This document shows positions 1 through 8,608 of a DNA stretch of 27,714 nucleotides, one piece after another; the first letter of the stretch is position 1, and the number at the start of each line of letters is the position of its first letter. The translations under genes and the position numbers were made by a program. The DNA comes from a virus (taxonomy: Duplodnaviria > Heunggongvirae > Uroviricota > Caudoviricetes): the IMG/VR virus record IMGVR_UViG_2778261035_000014; one strand, written 5' to 3'. A model generated the notes under the pieces. That model was given only the letters and a program-made list of their open reading frames with translations. It was not told where the DNA came from and made no database searches.

Positions 1-552
1 TTACGTGGGTAGGATCAGAACTCCATCCAGTCGTTTGGGGTTGCTAATGACGTCCTGCATCCGCTTAATCTGGTCGGGCGTAGACATATAATCCCACAGG
101 GTGAGCAGAACCTTTTTTGCGGCTACACTATTTCCCTGATCTGATACTAATGCCATATAGCCCCATAAACTATCCCTCAGCCAGACAGCATCATAGTGGG
201 TTTCTGCCGCTGTTTTGTCATCTTCGAAAGTAGAAGCAAGAATAAATGTTCCCCAGGGTTTCTCCGTCAACGTTAACTTTCGTGTGTTTTCTGTTAATGT
301 TAACAACCCTTGAATTTCGTCTTTGGTATAGTGGCTCTTTATTTCATTTTTTAATTTGGCTGAGTGAATCAGAAGACGATAATTAGGGTACTTATCTGGA
401 TTTAACGATAAATAACTTTTATCTGTTGCTGCCCCCGTGGAATTAAGAATGTTAAATACAGATTCACTCGTCACTTCTGCCCCTGTCGCCTGGCATGTGC
501 CGCACGAAAATATACCAGCGAGCAGAAGAGTTAATGCAGATTTCCCTTTCAT
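1..552 (-). CDS. Exported protein of unknown function, probably chromosomal flank
   Basis: Complete ORF with a stop at the window edge. The ORF-track start (594) is GTG; the ATG at 552 (alternative 564) gives a canonical signal peptide MKGKSALTLLLAGIFSCGTCQATGA. Moderate GC. Lies outside the first att repeat. Confidence 0.55.
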   Translation of the reverse strand: MKGKSALTLLLAGIFSCGTCQATGAEVTSESVFNILNSTGAATDKSYLSLNPDKYPNYRLLIHSAKLKNEIKSHYTKDEIQGLLTLTENTRKLTLTEKPWGTFILASTFEDDKTAAETHYDAVWLRDSLWGYMALVSDQGNSVAAKKVLLTLWDYMSTPDQIKRMQDVISNPKRLDGVLILPT

Positions 553-785
553 AAAATAATCCATCAATCGTTTGTTAAAAGCGTAGATAACCACTTATTC
601 AACAACTTGAAAATAAGGTATTTTACCTGGGTTGTTACAAAAGGATTGCATTGCGTAAACGCTTTTTATTTACAAAAAAATGGGGAAGTGTTACAGCGAT
701 TGCGAAAAGCCTGAAGCGGTTGAATTAAGATAATATAGAAAATCAGATACAGCAAAAATGGCAGATTGATCAGGTGAAGATAAAT

Positions 786-832
786 TGGAGCGGGCGAAGG
801 GAATCGAAAAGGCTTGCTCTAAGCACCGGAAA
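786..832. repeat. Left att junction: 22-bp core tggagcgggcgaagggaatcga (786-807) plus 16-bp motif ctctaagcaccggaaa (817-832)
   Basis: The core is identical to 14043-14064 and the 16-mer to 13978-13993. The core's reverse complement TCGATTCCCTTCGCCCGCTCCA has a T-loop, acceptor 3' strand and CCA, matching my recollection of tRNA-Gly (glyU-type). The adjacent sequence does not fold into a full tRNA. Confidence 0.6.
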
Positions 833-900
833 AGATAAACCAAACAGACGTTTACGTAAATCCACGGTAACTAGTAGCGGTAGCTTACTAGGTTAAGACC

Positions 901-2115
901 ATGACGATCAAGGGCAAAGGAACAAATTATCTTTACGTAAACAGTGACGGGATTTATATCATCCAGCTTCATATTCCCGTTTACATGCGCCACCTCTGGA
1001 ACGGTCGCAAGATGCTTAAAAAATCAACAGGCACTCGCGATCTTGTGTTGGCTCGTAGGTTTCGTGATCAGTACCTGATGGAGTTCAGAAGGCTACAGGC
1101 GCAATTCAACCCAAATGCTTATCTCCTCAAGATTCAGTCAGCCATTACCGATCTACGTTTCGTTGGTGCTGCATCTACTAATCTCGTTCCAGATTTTCAG
1201 ACAGCCACCAAAGGGAAACCTTCAACGCCAAAGTTAAAAGACCTTTGCGACGAATACATGAAGGTGTATTCAGACAGGCGGAGCTACTCCACTTTGCAAA
1301 AGTCTGCCCGTGCTGTCGAGGCGTTTACGAAATCCATAAAAAGACCAGCGATTACAATTGGCAGTATTGGTCGCCGTATGGTGACGGAGTTCCTGGAGGC
1401 TAACCAAGGCAAGTTTTCACCTCAAACGTTGCAGAACTGGCTAACCTCTTTGGGGAGTCTGTACGAATTCGCCAAACGTCGATATGACGCAATCCCGGAC
1501 AGTAACCCGTTTCACGGTCACAACCTCGAAGCACGGCGCACCATTGAAAGTTATCAACCGTTTGAAGCCAATCAACTGGATACCCTTATCAGAGAAGCGG
1601 ATGACGTTCTACGCGATGTCATATTAATTGGGCTGTATTCAGGAATGCGACTTGATGAGATCGCCAGCATTAAACGGGATGAGATTGTAATGTTGGAGGG
1701 TGTCAGATGTTTCTTTGTCAGCAAGTCCAAGACTGTAGCCGGGGTGCGGTATGTTCCGATCCACTCGCTACTGATGGGGATTGTTGATAAGCATCTGACA
1801 CAGAACAGTGGTGAATATCTTCTGGCACAGTCTAATAACATCATTCGGAAGGATGGCAAGCGAGGTCCGTGGTACAGCCAAAAGTTCACCCGGCTGCGTG
1901 ATAGCGTTTTGCCAACAGCTACAGATCGGCAGTGCTTCCACTCTTTGAGAGGGATGTTCATCACCTGCCTGGACCGGGCAGGAGTTCCCGAACAACGGAT
2001 CGGAGCCATTACGGGGCACACAGAGCAGAAAGCGAAAACTGAAGCATTCAGAACCTACAGCAAAGGCGCGGGGATGAAGGAACTATCAGAGTATGTGGAG
2101 TTGGTGAATTACTGA
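901..2115 (+). CDS. int: Tyrosine-type site-specific integrase (phage integrase family)
   Basis: 404 aa. C-terminal catalytic motifs are visible: SGMRLDE (Arg), HSLRGMF (His-x-x-Arg), GHTEQ...RTYS (His/Tyr). Its C-terminal half is about 70% identical to the 14141-15361 product. Confidence 0.9.
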   Translation: MTIKGKGTNYLYVNSDGIYIIQLHIPVYMRHLWNGRKMLKKSTGTRDLVLARRFRDQYLMEFRRLQAQFNPNAYLLKIQSAITDLRFVGAASTNLVPDFQTATKGKPSTPKLKDLCDEYMKVYSDRRSYSTLQKSARAVEAFTKSIKRPAITIGSIGRRMVTEFLEANQGKFSPQTLQNWLTSLGSLYEFAKRRYDAIPDSNPFHGHNLEARRTIESYQPFEANQLDTLIREADDVLRDVILIGLYSGMRLDEIASIKRDEIVMLEGVRCFFVSKSKTVAGVRYVPIHSLLMGIVDKHLTQNSGEYLLAQSNNIIRKDGKRGPWYSQKFTRLRDSVLPTATDRQCFHSLRGMFITCLDRAGVPEQRIGAITGHTEQKAKTEAFRTYSKGAGMKELSEYVELVNY

Positions 2116-2136
2116 AAAATAGGGGGCGAGCCCCCT
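2115..2136 (-). terminator. Intrinsic terminator hairpin between convergent genes
   Basis: Stem aggggg/ccccct (2121-2126 / 2131-2136) with loop cgag; on the minus strand it is followed by a T-run, 7 nt downstream of the 2143 stop. Confidence 0.4.
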
Positions 2137-2142
2137 AAAGTG

Positions 2143-2421
2143 TTATTTAGGCCATTGTTCTTTAATAAAATTAGCAACCTCTGCCGACAAGTTGAACCAA
2201 CTTGCAACATTGTTGCTTGCATCAACAACGATTAATTTATCGTCTGCATCCATAGATTTTCGCACAATTTCCGCAGCTTGCGAGGCGGTATAAGTTGAGT
2301 TCACATACCAGTTCGATTCTGTGACTTTTGCCCAAGCTCCTAATGATTGGATGGCTTTATGTACTGCCGGGTAGTCTTTGGTCTTGATCAGGTCGTAAGT
2401 TACAAAGAGGTTATTTGCCAT
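2143..2421 (-). CDS. Hypothetical protein (92 aa)
   Basis: ORF with ATG at 2421 (MANNLFVTYDLIK...) preceded by a GGAG Shine-Dalgarno; the longer ORF-track start is GTG. No family recognised. Confidence 0.55.
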   Translation of the reverse strand: MANNLFVTYDLIKTKDYPAVHKAIQSLGAWAKVTESNWYVNSTYTASQAAEIVRKSMDADDKLIVVDASNNVASWFNLSAEVANFIKEQWPK

Positions 2422-2610
2422 TTCGCTTCTCCATGAACGCCATAACACCGAATTTTTAACTACGTTAGCGTTATAGCGACTTCTAGCGACTTCCGTAAAC
2501 GGTCAGTTATCAAACAATTGACACTGGTCATAAAACCAGTAAAAACTTTTTTCCGAGCTTGCTAACTTTGCCGCTTCGCTTCTATCATAACCACTACATA
2601 TTGTGTTTAT

Positions 2611-2619
2611 TGATATAAT
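2611..2619 (+). promoter_or_regulatory. Extended -10 promoter element TGATATAAT
   Basis: Exact TGnTATAAT match about 45 nt upstream of the 2664 ATG; no good -35 needed. Confidence 0.35.
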
Positions 2620-2663
2620 AAATACAATATATCCAAACATCCATCCCGTGAATAGGTGTTGAA

Positions 2664-2912
2664 ATGGCGAACAATGATAAGCAATCCTCGAAAGATGTAG
2701 CACATCTGGCAGCAGAGACTCTAAACAACCCAAACGCCTCTGCGATTCAGAAAAGTTTAGCGGGTTCGGTGCTATCACAAGCAGGAACAAAAAATCAGAC
2801 TGGCGCAAACATGGAAGCCAAAGCATCCGCAGCATTGAAAAACCCACGCTCAAGCGAGGTTACTAAAACCTTAGCTGGTTCGGTTGTTTCCCAATCGAAT
2901 AAAAAGCGCTAA
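2664..2912 (+). CDS. Small hydrophilic protein with an internal repeat (stand-alone moron-like gene)
   Basis: 82 aa with AGGTG Shine-Dalgarno. Internal repeat (Q/T)K(S/T)LAGSV(L/V)SQ occurs twice. Has its own promoter and terminator. Confidence 0.55.
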   Translation: MANNDKQSSKDVAHLAAETLNNPNASAIQKSLAGSVLSQAGTKNQTGANMEAKASAALKNPRSSEVTKTLAGSVVSQSNKKR

Positions 2913-2946
2913 AAAAAAGCCGGGATTAACCCGGCTCTCATGTTTT
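2911..2946. terminator. Bidirectional intrinsic terminator
   Basis: A8 tract, then stem gccggg/cccggc (2919-2924 / 2930-2935) with loop attaa, then tgtttt. It reads as hairpin plus T-tract on both strands, between convergent stops at 2912 and 2938. Confidence 0.6.
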
Positions 2947-3150
2947 CAGCTTTCGTTGTCGCTGTTCGCTCAAGTAGTACCTGATAGCGCTGTCGAATCC
3001 ATGCGTATGGATGCGGTCAAGAAGGCTGGAACGACTACACTCAAGCCTGCGTGCTAACGCTGACATGTTGATGATCGCATCATCGCCTTTACCGTCCAGA
3101 ATCCACTGCATCAGCGGCATGTTGCCAGTACCGATCAAAGCTAATTTCAT
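2938..3150 (-). CDS. Small helix-turn-helix DNA-binding protein (70 aa)
   Basis: ATG at 3150 with a perfect AAGGAG Shine-Dalgarno 6 nt upstream. HTH-like segment MSALARRLECSRSSLLDRI. C-terminus AIRYYLSEQ resembles the 17329-17544 product (AVQYYVSKQ), and both sit just downstream of the capsid gene. Confidence 0.6.
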   Translation of the reverse strand: MKLALIGTGNMPLMQWILDGKGDDAIINMSALARRLECSRSSLLDRIHTHGFDSAIRYYLSEQRQRKLKT

Positions 3151-3263
3151 ATATATCTCCTTTCCTTTGCCTCCAGCACCGAAGGTGTCTCGCAATAGCG
3201 AGAGTGCTTCGCACCGTTAGCCTCGCCAGCAGCGGGGGCAATGCGCCCCCAAAATCCGCTGTC

Positions 3264-4280
3264 TTACGCCGCGTCATCCATCGTAATTTTCAAAACGAAG
3301 TCCGGACGCATTGGGATCTGAATTTGTGATAGCTCGCTGACCACCTCATAATTCATGAACTTATCACGCAGAACGTAATGGTAAGACGGATAAACCGGAC
3401 CATTAGCAACTTCTGCGTGGCGTGAGGCTGGCGTGCAGTAGGTCATATAAGGTGAAAGGTCGCCTTCAACAACATTGGAGAACGTCGCCAGCATGTAGCC
3501 TTCACCATCTGCAATGCCATATAGCGGATCGTCAACCTGCACCACTGTTACACGCCCGATGTTATATCGATCATATGCACCCAAAGTGTCAGGGAAAATG
3601 ATGTCACGGGACGTAGCACCAAACAGAGCCGCCTGATATGCGGTTGGGTTGCCTTGAATGGCGGTGAAAAGACTCGGACTCGCCAGCAGATAAACCTGCT
3701 TGATGCTGGAAGACCAGCCACCCAGATTTTTCTTCAGCAGCGTGACAGCGTTCTGCATCTCAGTAATGACGTTGGCACTGATGCCAGTTTTCACCACAGC
3801 AGACGGCTGGTTAATACCCCAGAAGGTTTGCCAGTTCAGATCAGGACCTTCACGTAGGTGTGTCGCCTCTACAGTATTGTGAAGCAGGCTCTGCGCCATG
3901 GCATATTCAACATCACGGCGGGTTTGCAGGTAGTGCTTCAGGGTATGATTAGCAACTACATCTTCAGCGGTCATCTGGCGATTTGTTCCCGGCTGACGTT
4001 TCCCCTGCCAATCCTGGCTGGTGATGGTTGAGCTGTAGACATGCAGTGGAGCCTGAACGGTCACGTTAGCCGCTTTAGGGAAGTTTAGACCCGACATTTC
4101 AGAACCATAACGGGCAACTGATTTAGTCACTTCACGCTGCACATCTTCAAGTGTGTCGAGTGCGATGATTTGCGTATCACTTGGACGGCTGGTAAAGATC
4201 CCCAGGCTGGACAGAAGGAACCCCTCGCCGCTTGGCTTCACGAATTGACCAGAAAGATTAGTAAAATCACTTAATTTCAT
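3264..4280 (-). CDS. Major capsid protein, lambda gpE-like (Phage_cap_E-type)
   Basis: 338 aa against about 341 for lambda E. By eye it shares block patterns with my recollection of gpE, such as a C-terminal RPDFVLKIT motif. Paralogous to 17665-18693 (DWQGKRQPG vs DVQGKRKPG). AAGGAG Shine-Dalgarno. Follows a ~115-aa gene, as in lambda D-E. Confidence 0.7.
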   Translation of the reverse strand: MKLSDFTNLSGQFVKPSGEGFLLSSLGIFTSRPSDTQIIALDTLEDVQREVTKSVARYGSEMSGLNFPKAANVTVQAPLHVYSSTITSQDWQGKRQPGTNRQMTAEDVVANHTLKHYLQTRRDVEYAMAQSLLHNTVEATHLREGPDLNWQTFWGINQPSAVVKTGISANVITEMQNAVTLLKKNLGGWSSSIKQVYLLASPSLFTAIQGNPTAYQAALFGATSRDIIFPDTLGAYDRYNIGRVTVVQVDDPLYGIADGEGYMLATFSNVVEGDLSPYMTYCTPASRHAEVANGPVYPSYHYVLRDKFMNYEVVSELSQIQIPMRPDFVLKITMDDAA

Positions 4281-4298
4281 ATTGTTATCTCTCCTTGA

Positions 4299-4643
4299 TT
4301 AGATTGCGGTGTTTGCGTCAGCAATACGGTTGCCTTGCTTAACAAGGGCAGCGTAAGCAGCATCTTTTGCAGCAGCCGCTACAACCAGACCTGATGGATT
4401 GAACACGCATTGGGTATCACTGATAACAAGGCTACGGGCATCACCAGCGACTTGATTTTGCAGAGCTACAGCACAGTTATCAGCATCTGCTGCAACGTAT
4501 GCCGCGCCAGTGGTCGGGTTAATCACATCACCACAAGTCACATCAGCAGCCAGATCAAGGATCACGGTGCGCTTATGAAAGATCGGTGAATCGGTATAAA
4601 CCAATACATCCTGTGGGGTTTTGCTTTCGTATTCGAATGCCAT
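4299..4643 (-). CDS. Putative head decoration protein (gpD-like by size and synteny)
   Basis: 114 aa from the ATG at 4643, which has a GGAGA Shine-Dalgarno (ORF-track start is 4658). Directly upstream of the capsid gene with an 18-nt gap. Paralog at 18712-19083. Product is assigned from size and position, not from clear sequence identity. Confidence 0.45.
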   Translation of the reverse strand: MAFEYESKTPQDVLVYTDSPIFHKRTVILDLAADVTCGDVINPTTGAAYVAADADNCAVALQNQVAGDARSLVISDTQCVFNPSGLVVAAAAKDAAYAALVKQGNRIADANTAI

Positions 4644-4694
4644 ATTTTGTATCTCCATACAGTTTTTATAATCCGGCGAATATGCCGGGTTGAG

Positions 4695-4722
4695 TTGAAA
4701 AAATACCGTCCATCGGACGGCA
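4695..4722 (-). terminator. Intrinsic terminator or attenuator upstream of the capsid operon
   Basis: Stem ccgtcc/ggacgg (4706-4711 / 4715-4720), followed on the minus strand by TATTTTTT. A second hairpin ccggc/gccgg at 4673-4688 lies between it and the start codon. Confidence 0.4.
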
Positions 4723-4996
4723 TTCTTCTATTCGTGTTCCAACAGAAAAAGACCAAGGCGAGAATATCCCGCCCGGTGTAGGTCAGTAGTTTTCTGATGG
4801 AGAGATTTGGAAAGCATGAGTGTGTTCACGCTTCAGGAATAAGGAGGCGGCAACGCTCCAAAGAATGGGTAAGGAGACCCAAAAACGTTGCCACCTGATG
4901 CCGTTAGTGTCCGGCTGACAGCCTTCCGAGGATGAAAGGGCTTTGGCAAATCTCCGATCCAAGGTCGGAGAAAATTCTTCTACACCCGTTTACGGG

Positions 4997-5016
4997 TTAG
5001 CAACATATGTTGCTAA
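4997..5016. promoter_or_regulatory. Perfect 20-bp palindrome ttagcaacatatgttgctaa (candidate operator)
   Basis: Exact dyad symmetry, preceded by hairpin cccgtttacggg (4985-4996). Sits in the 650-nt ORF-free gap between the tape-measure-like gene and the capsid genes. Confidence 0.4.
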
Positions 5017-5313
5017 TCGCTCTACGATACTTTTCTAATACAGCCAGCGGCAATGGCCTAACCTTCCCGTGAGAGAGTGCGGATTATTGGCTGTATGAGA
5101 AAAGGCCCGCACGGTGTTCACACAGGCACTTTAAGTAAGGAGAAGGAATGACAACGGCTGTTGTACGCACATACAATTTAAATCATCACCCTATGCAATT
5201 ATTTTAACACGAATGATTATCATTTGCAACAACAAAAACAATAACATGGCGAATTTAACGGCCCTCTCTCGTGTGGGCCAATTTACTACGTCATTTTTGA
5301 CGGAACGATGATT

Positions 5314-7482
5314 TTAGTCCGCAATCCCAAGGATGAGGTTATTCTGCGCCTGGTTGTTTTCCCTTATCTTGGTATCAATCAGACCGTTAATCGCACCATC
5401 ATTAACATTCACCTCAAGAGGCGCAAACTTGATCTCAGCTTCGCCAGTGACCGCAACAGGAATCGGCTGTCGTTGAACTATGCTATCAATTGTCGGAACC
5501 GTGAACGTTGGTTGCTGGGGTGTCAGATAGTTCAGGCCAGGAACATTCAACGCTAGTGCTGGATCGTTATACGCCATGCCTGAGCCGATATTGCTCGGAG
5601 CGGAACTATCCAGCCACGGGTAAATCTGCTTAAGCGTCTGACCGATGCTACGTGGATCAAAGCCGGTCTTTTCCTTAATCCAATCGGCAGCACCATTTGA
5701 GGAGTCATCTACCACGCTCGTATAAACCGCATCCGGCAATGTTGCGCCTTTCTTGAGTTCTTCACCGACTCGACCAGCGAAGGAAAGAATGTTGGTGGTT
5801 AGCTCACCAAGAGCAACGCCGAGGGCATCGGAAATTGGGATCAGTCCAGTCATATTCTGACGTAGAGTGTCAGTATTGGCAGCGTACTGCCCCAGGCCTT
5901 CAACAAACGAGGCTGAGAAGTGATCCGCAAGACTTGTTTGTACTCGGTTGTACTCAGCACCCAAAGCTGCCAGCTTATCAAGGTTGGCCTGCTGTGCATC
6001 AGATAGGGTCCATCCTTCAGAAGCGAGTTGATGCATACGGGCAATAACTTCATCACCTTCCCCACTGATACCCGCCATCAAGACCGATCCGTCATTGATC
6101 GCTTCCAAAAAATGACGCATGGAATTCTCTGTCCAGCCGAATTGTTTACCCAACTGCCGCACATAGGTAACGAAGGTCCCCATGTCCAATTTCTGAAGCT
6201 CGCCAATCACTTTTTGTGCTGTTCGCTGGTTGGTTTTGCTAAGAACTGCATTCACCAGATCGGCAAGTTCACCACCTCCGCTGAATGTTGTTACCCCTTG
6301 CTTGTTAGTTTTAAAGGAACCGGTATTCAGTAGCTCACCTGCTTTCTCGAAGTAATCCTTATTCATGGACGCATACTTATCTACGGTCAGGTCGTACCCT
6401 GTACGCTTCTGTACAACGTCATGGATAGCATTAAATTCAAGCTGGCTAATATCATACTGCCTTAATTGCTGCGCCTCTCTGGAGCGTTCAAGACTCCCCT
6501 GGAGGGTCTGACCAACACGAGCAACTCCCATTGAACCAATCAGGGATCCCCCTGCAATTACACCAGTGGCAGCGAGGCCACCATAACCACGTTCGCTACG
6601 TTCACGTCTCAAACGTTGAGCATTAACGCGCCCTGCTCGCTCTACTTTAGCCCGATCCTTAACCATCTGGCGGTTAATACGTGCCTGCCGCCTGGTTTCC
6701 AGAGTCGCTTTAGCAAGTTCATGGCGCATTTCTGCGATGGTATAACGCTGCTCGGAGTATCCCTTGGTAGCCTCTTTGATTGCCTGCACCGCTTTCATTT
6801 TGTCAGCCAGGCTGGCACCTTCGATATGGCTGATCGTTAAACTGGCGCGGCGTAGGGTGTCGTATGCAGTGCTCTGGCGCTTGAGGCTGGCTTCTTTCTC
6901 ACGCTGGCGCTTCTCTTCCAGGGCCATCGCCTTTTTGGTGGCTGCGATGTCAGCAGCAACAGCGCCGTGACCACGGTTCATTGCGTCAGTCTGACGGGAA
7001 ACAAGACCAGGATCGTAATGTTGACCGCCCATGTTAGGGTTGTAGGTCATCGCTCGTGATCTGGCTGCGGCCTGCACTTTTGCGGATATATTGGCTAAAC
7101 GGGCGTTTTGTCTCCGGATCTGTTCACTATCTGCCAATTGTTGAGCCTGCCCTCTGGCGTTAAGAGCCTGCATTTTCCGGGCGTGAGCCTCTTCCTGTTT
7201 TGCGATCTTTGCCTGGGCTTGGGCCTGGCGTTGTTGCTCTAGCGAAAGCTTTTGAGCCATTTTGAGGCGCTGTGTTTGAGCGCGGGCTGCTTCAAGGGCT
7301 GCTTTACCCTCACTCTGGGCGGTTCGCTTCTGAGCTTGCTCCAGCGCTTTAGCAGGTTTGGTAGTTAATTGCTGAAGTGACAGAATTTTCTTCTTCGCTG
7401 CTTCGTAACTAGAGCGGGAAATTTCCCAGCTTACGATATTGACGGTGCTCGTCACTATCTTGTTGGTTGTTCCACTACTCAT
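5314..7482 (-). CDS. Long coiled-coil protein with a glycine-rich hydrophobic segment (tape-measure-like, function unresolved)
   Basis: About 722 aa from the ATG at 7482 (MSSGTTNK...), which overlaps the upstream stop in ATGAGTAG. N-terminus is Ala/Gln/Lys/Arg-rich and helical. Central segment GYGGLAATGVIAGGSLIGSMGVARVG. Analogous to 15469-17310. Confidence 0.6.
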   Translation of the reverse strand: MSSGTTNKIVTSTVNIVSWEISRSSYEAAKKKILSLQQLTTKPAKALEQAQKRTAQSEGKAALEAARAQTQRLKMAQKLSLEQQRQAQAQAKIAKQEEAHARKMQALNARGQAQQLADSEQIRRQNARLANISAKVQAAARSRAMTYNPNMGGQHYDPGLVSRQTDAMNRGHGAVAADIAATKKAMALEEKRQREKEASLKRQSTAYDTLRRASLTISHIEGASLADKMKAVQAIKEATKGYSEQRYTIAEMRHELAKATLETRRQARINRQMVKDRAKVERAGRVNAQRLRRERSERGYGGLAATGVIAGGSLIGSMGVARVGQTLQGSLERSREAQQLRQYDISQLEFNAIHDVVQKRTGYDLTVDKYASMNKDYFEKAGELLNTGSFKTNKQGVTTFSGGGELADLVNAVLSKTNQRTAQKVIGELQKLDMGTFVTYVRQLGKQFGWTENSMRHFLEAINDGSVLMAGISGEGDEVIARMHQLASEGWTLSDAQQANLDKLAALGAEYNRVQTSLADHFSASFVEGLGQYAANTDTLRQNMTGLIPISDALGVALGELTTNILSFAGRVGEELKKGATLPDAVYTSVVDDSSNGAADWIKEKTGFDPRSIGQTLKQIYPWLDSSAPSNIGSGMAYNDPALALNVPGLNYLTPQQPTFTVPTIDSIVQRQPIPVAVTGEAEIKFAPLEVNVNDGAINGLIDTKIRENNQAQNNLILGIAD

Positions 7483-7858
7483 TGCCCCCCCCCTGCTGCT
7501 TGATGATATTGCCGTAACGATCAGGATCAGATTTTGCGAGTGCAGCAGCCGCTGCTTTAGCTTTCGCCAGCATTTCAGGATCGATATGGTCAGCGGTATG
7601 TGAGACAACCGGACGGCTATCAGCACCCAACGATTTTTTAATCCGTTGTTCAGCACCAAAGGTGTCTCGCATTGGTGAGAGGGCTTCGCCCTTTTTACCC
7701 GTGGGTGTGTCAGCCGGGGCTGATTTGAGCAACTCCGGATGTTGATCCAGAAAGTTATCGGTGACGCTCTTCAGATTGTCCCGCGCTTTTTGAAGTTCGT
7801 ATTCCTCCGGTGTCATGCCATGCATGGCGGCGAAAATCCGGTCTTTTATTGTGGTCAT
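7475..7858 (-). CDS. Hypothetical protein (127 aa)
   Basis: ORF with a GGAGA Shine-Dalgarno, translationally coupled to the downstream long gene. Contains the MRDTFGAE segment whose DNA (7655-7695) is about 85% identical to 3175-3217. Confidence 0.45.
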   Translation of the reverse strand: MTTIKDRIFAAMHGMTPEEYELQKARDNLKSVTDNFLDQHPELLKSAPADTPTGKKGEALSPMRDTFGAEQRIKKSLGADSRPVVSHTADHIDPEMLAKAKAAAAALAKSDPDRYGNIIKQQGGGNE

Positions 7859-8029
7859 TTTTATAGTATCTCCAGAGAAGGATGCTCCCGCCGATCAGGA
7901 CGTGACGAAGCGCCACCCAGCCCCAAGGCAGGAAAAAGATGTAATCAAGGTTCATTGGCCCCCGATGTGGGGTTGGGTCAGTGCATCGCAAGGCGATTAA
8001 CAGCAATTGCTGTTAACCCTTTCAGGGTG

Positions 8030-8608
8030 TTAGTAGTGCAGGCGTGGTGAACGTCGCTGCGGGTTCTTCTGTTTTCTGGCGACTGTTTCACGATAGGCCA
8101 CAAACAACGGATCAGTATGATCCGGCATTCGAGATGCCATTTCTTTTTCAGTGATTCCTTCACGCTTAAGCAGCGTCACCACGGTGAATAGAGGCAGTTG
8201 AAGGTCAGCACAGATTTTTGCCAGCATTGCGCCGGATTCGTAGTACATTCGGGCCATTCGCTTAGTGGCATACTGACTGGTATTGCTTATCTTACGACAG
8301 CGAGGATTCCACGAGTTATCGTAAAGGCCTTTTACCAGGTCATACGGCAAGCGTAGGAGCAGCGCCGTTTTGCCTGGGGTGTAACCATGCACGAGCATTT
8401 TTTTAGCAGTCTCGATCAGCGAAGAATCACGAGAGCGGGATTTGTAAAAACGTGACAAATCGGGGGTTTCAGCACCGGAGGTGTTTACCTCTGGTAAACT
8501 GCTTCGCACCGTAAGGGATTCAGCCGTCAGGCCGTTGGCTGTCTGGCTGATGCCAGTTACTTTCTCACACAATATTCCTCCAGTATCAAAAAGGGATCTC
8601 AGGATCAT
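8030..8608 (-). CDS. Hypothetical HTH-containing protein (possible regulator or small-terminase-like); start uncertain
   Basis: ORF of up to 199 aa whose 5' end overlaps the rep-like gene. HTH-like segment GAMLAKICADLQLPLFTVVTLLKREGI. No family recognised with confidence. Confidence 0.35.
   Translation of the reverse strand: MILRSLFDTGGILCEKVTGISQTANGLTAESLTVRSSLPEVNTSGAETPDLSRFYKSRSRDSSLIETAKKMLVHGYTPGKTALLLRLPYDLVKGLYDNSWNPRCRKISNTSQYATKRMARMYYESGAMLAKICADLQLPLFTVVTLLKREGITEKEMASRMPDHTDPLFVAYRETVARKQKNPQRRSPRLHY

Noticed and set aside
786-860. Complete tRNA-Gly gene at either att core
   Set aside because: Only the last ~22 nt match a tRNA 3' end. The preceding bases cannot form the T-stem, and no D-arm or anticodon arm follows in the right register at either copy.
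1572-2021. Antisense ORFs inside the integrase gene (1572-2021, 1768-2019)
   Set aside because: They lie entirely within a well-supported integrase CDS on the opposite strand and have no ribosome-binding site or recognisable product.
2503-2853. Minus-strand 116-aa ORF
   Set aside because: It overlaps the plus-strand 82-aa gene, which has a promoter, Shine-Dalgarno and terminator. The minus ORF has none and a Cys/Leu-rich improbable composition.
5835-6970. Several 60-100-aa ORFs inside and antisense to the tape-measure-like gene
   Set aside because: They are nested in the long coding region and look like chance ORFs in GC-moderate DNA.
7475-7482. Programmed frameshift between the 127-aa gene and the long coiled-coil gene
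   Set aside because: The ATGAGTAG overlap gives an ordinary coupled stop and start, with no slippery heptamer evident.
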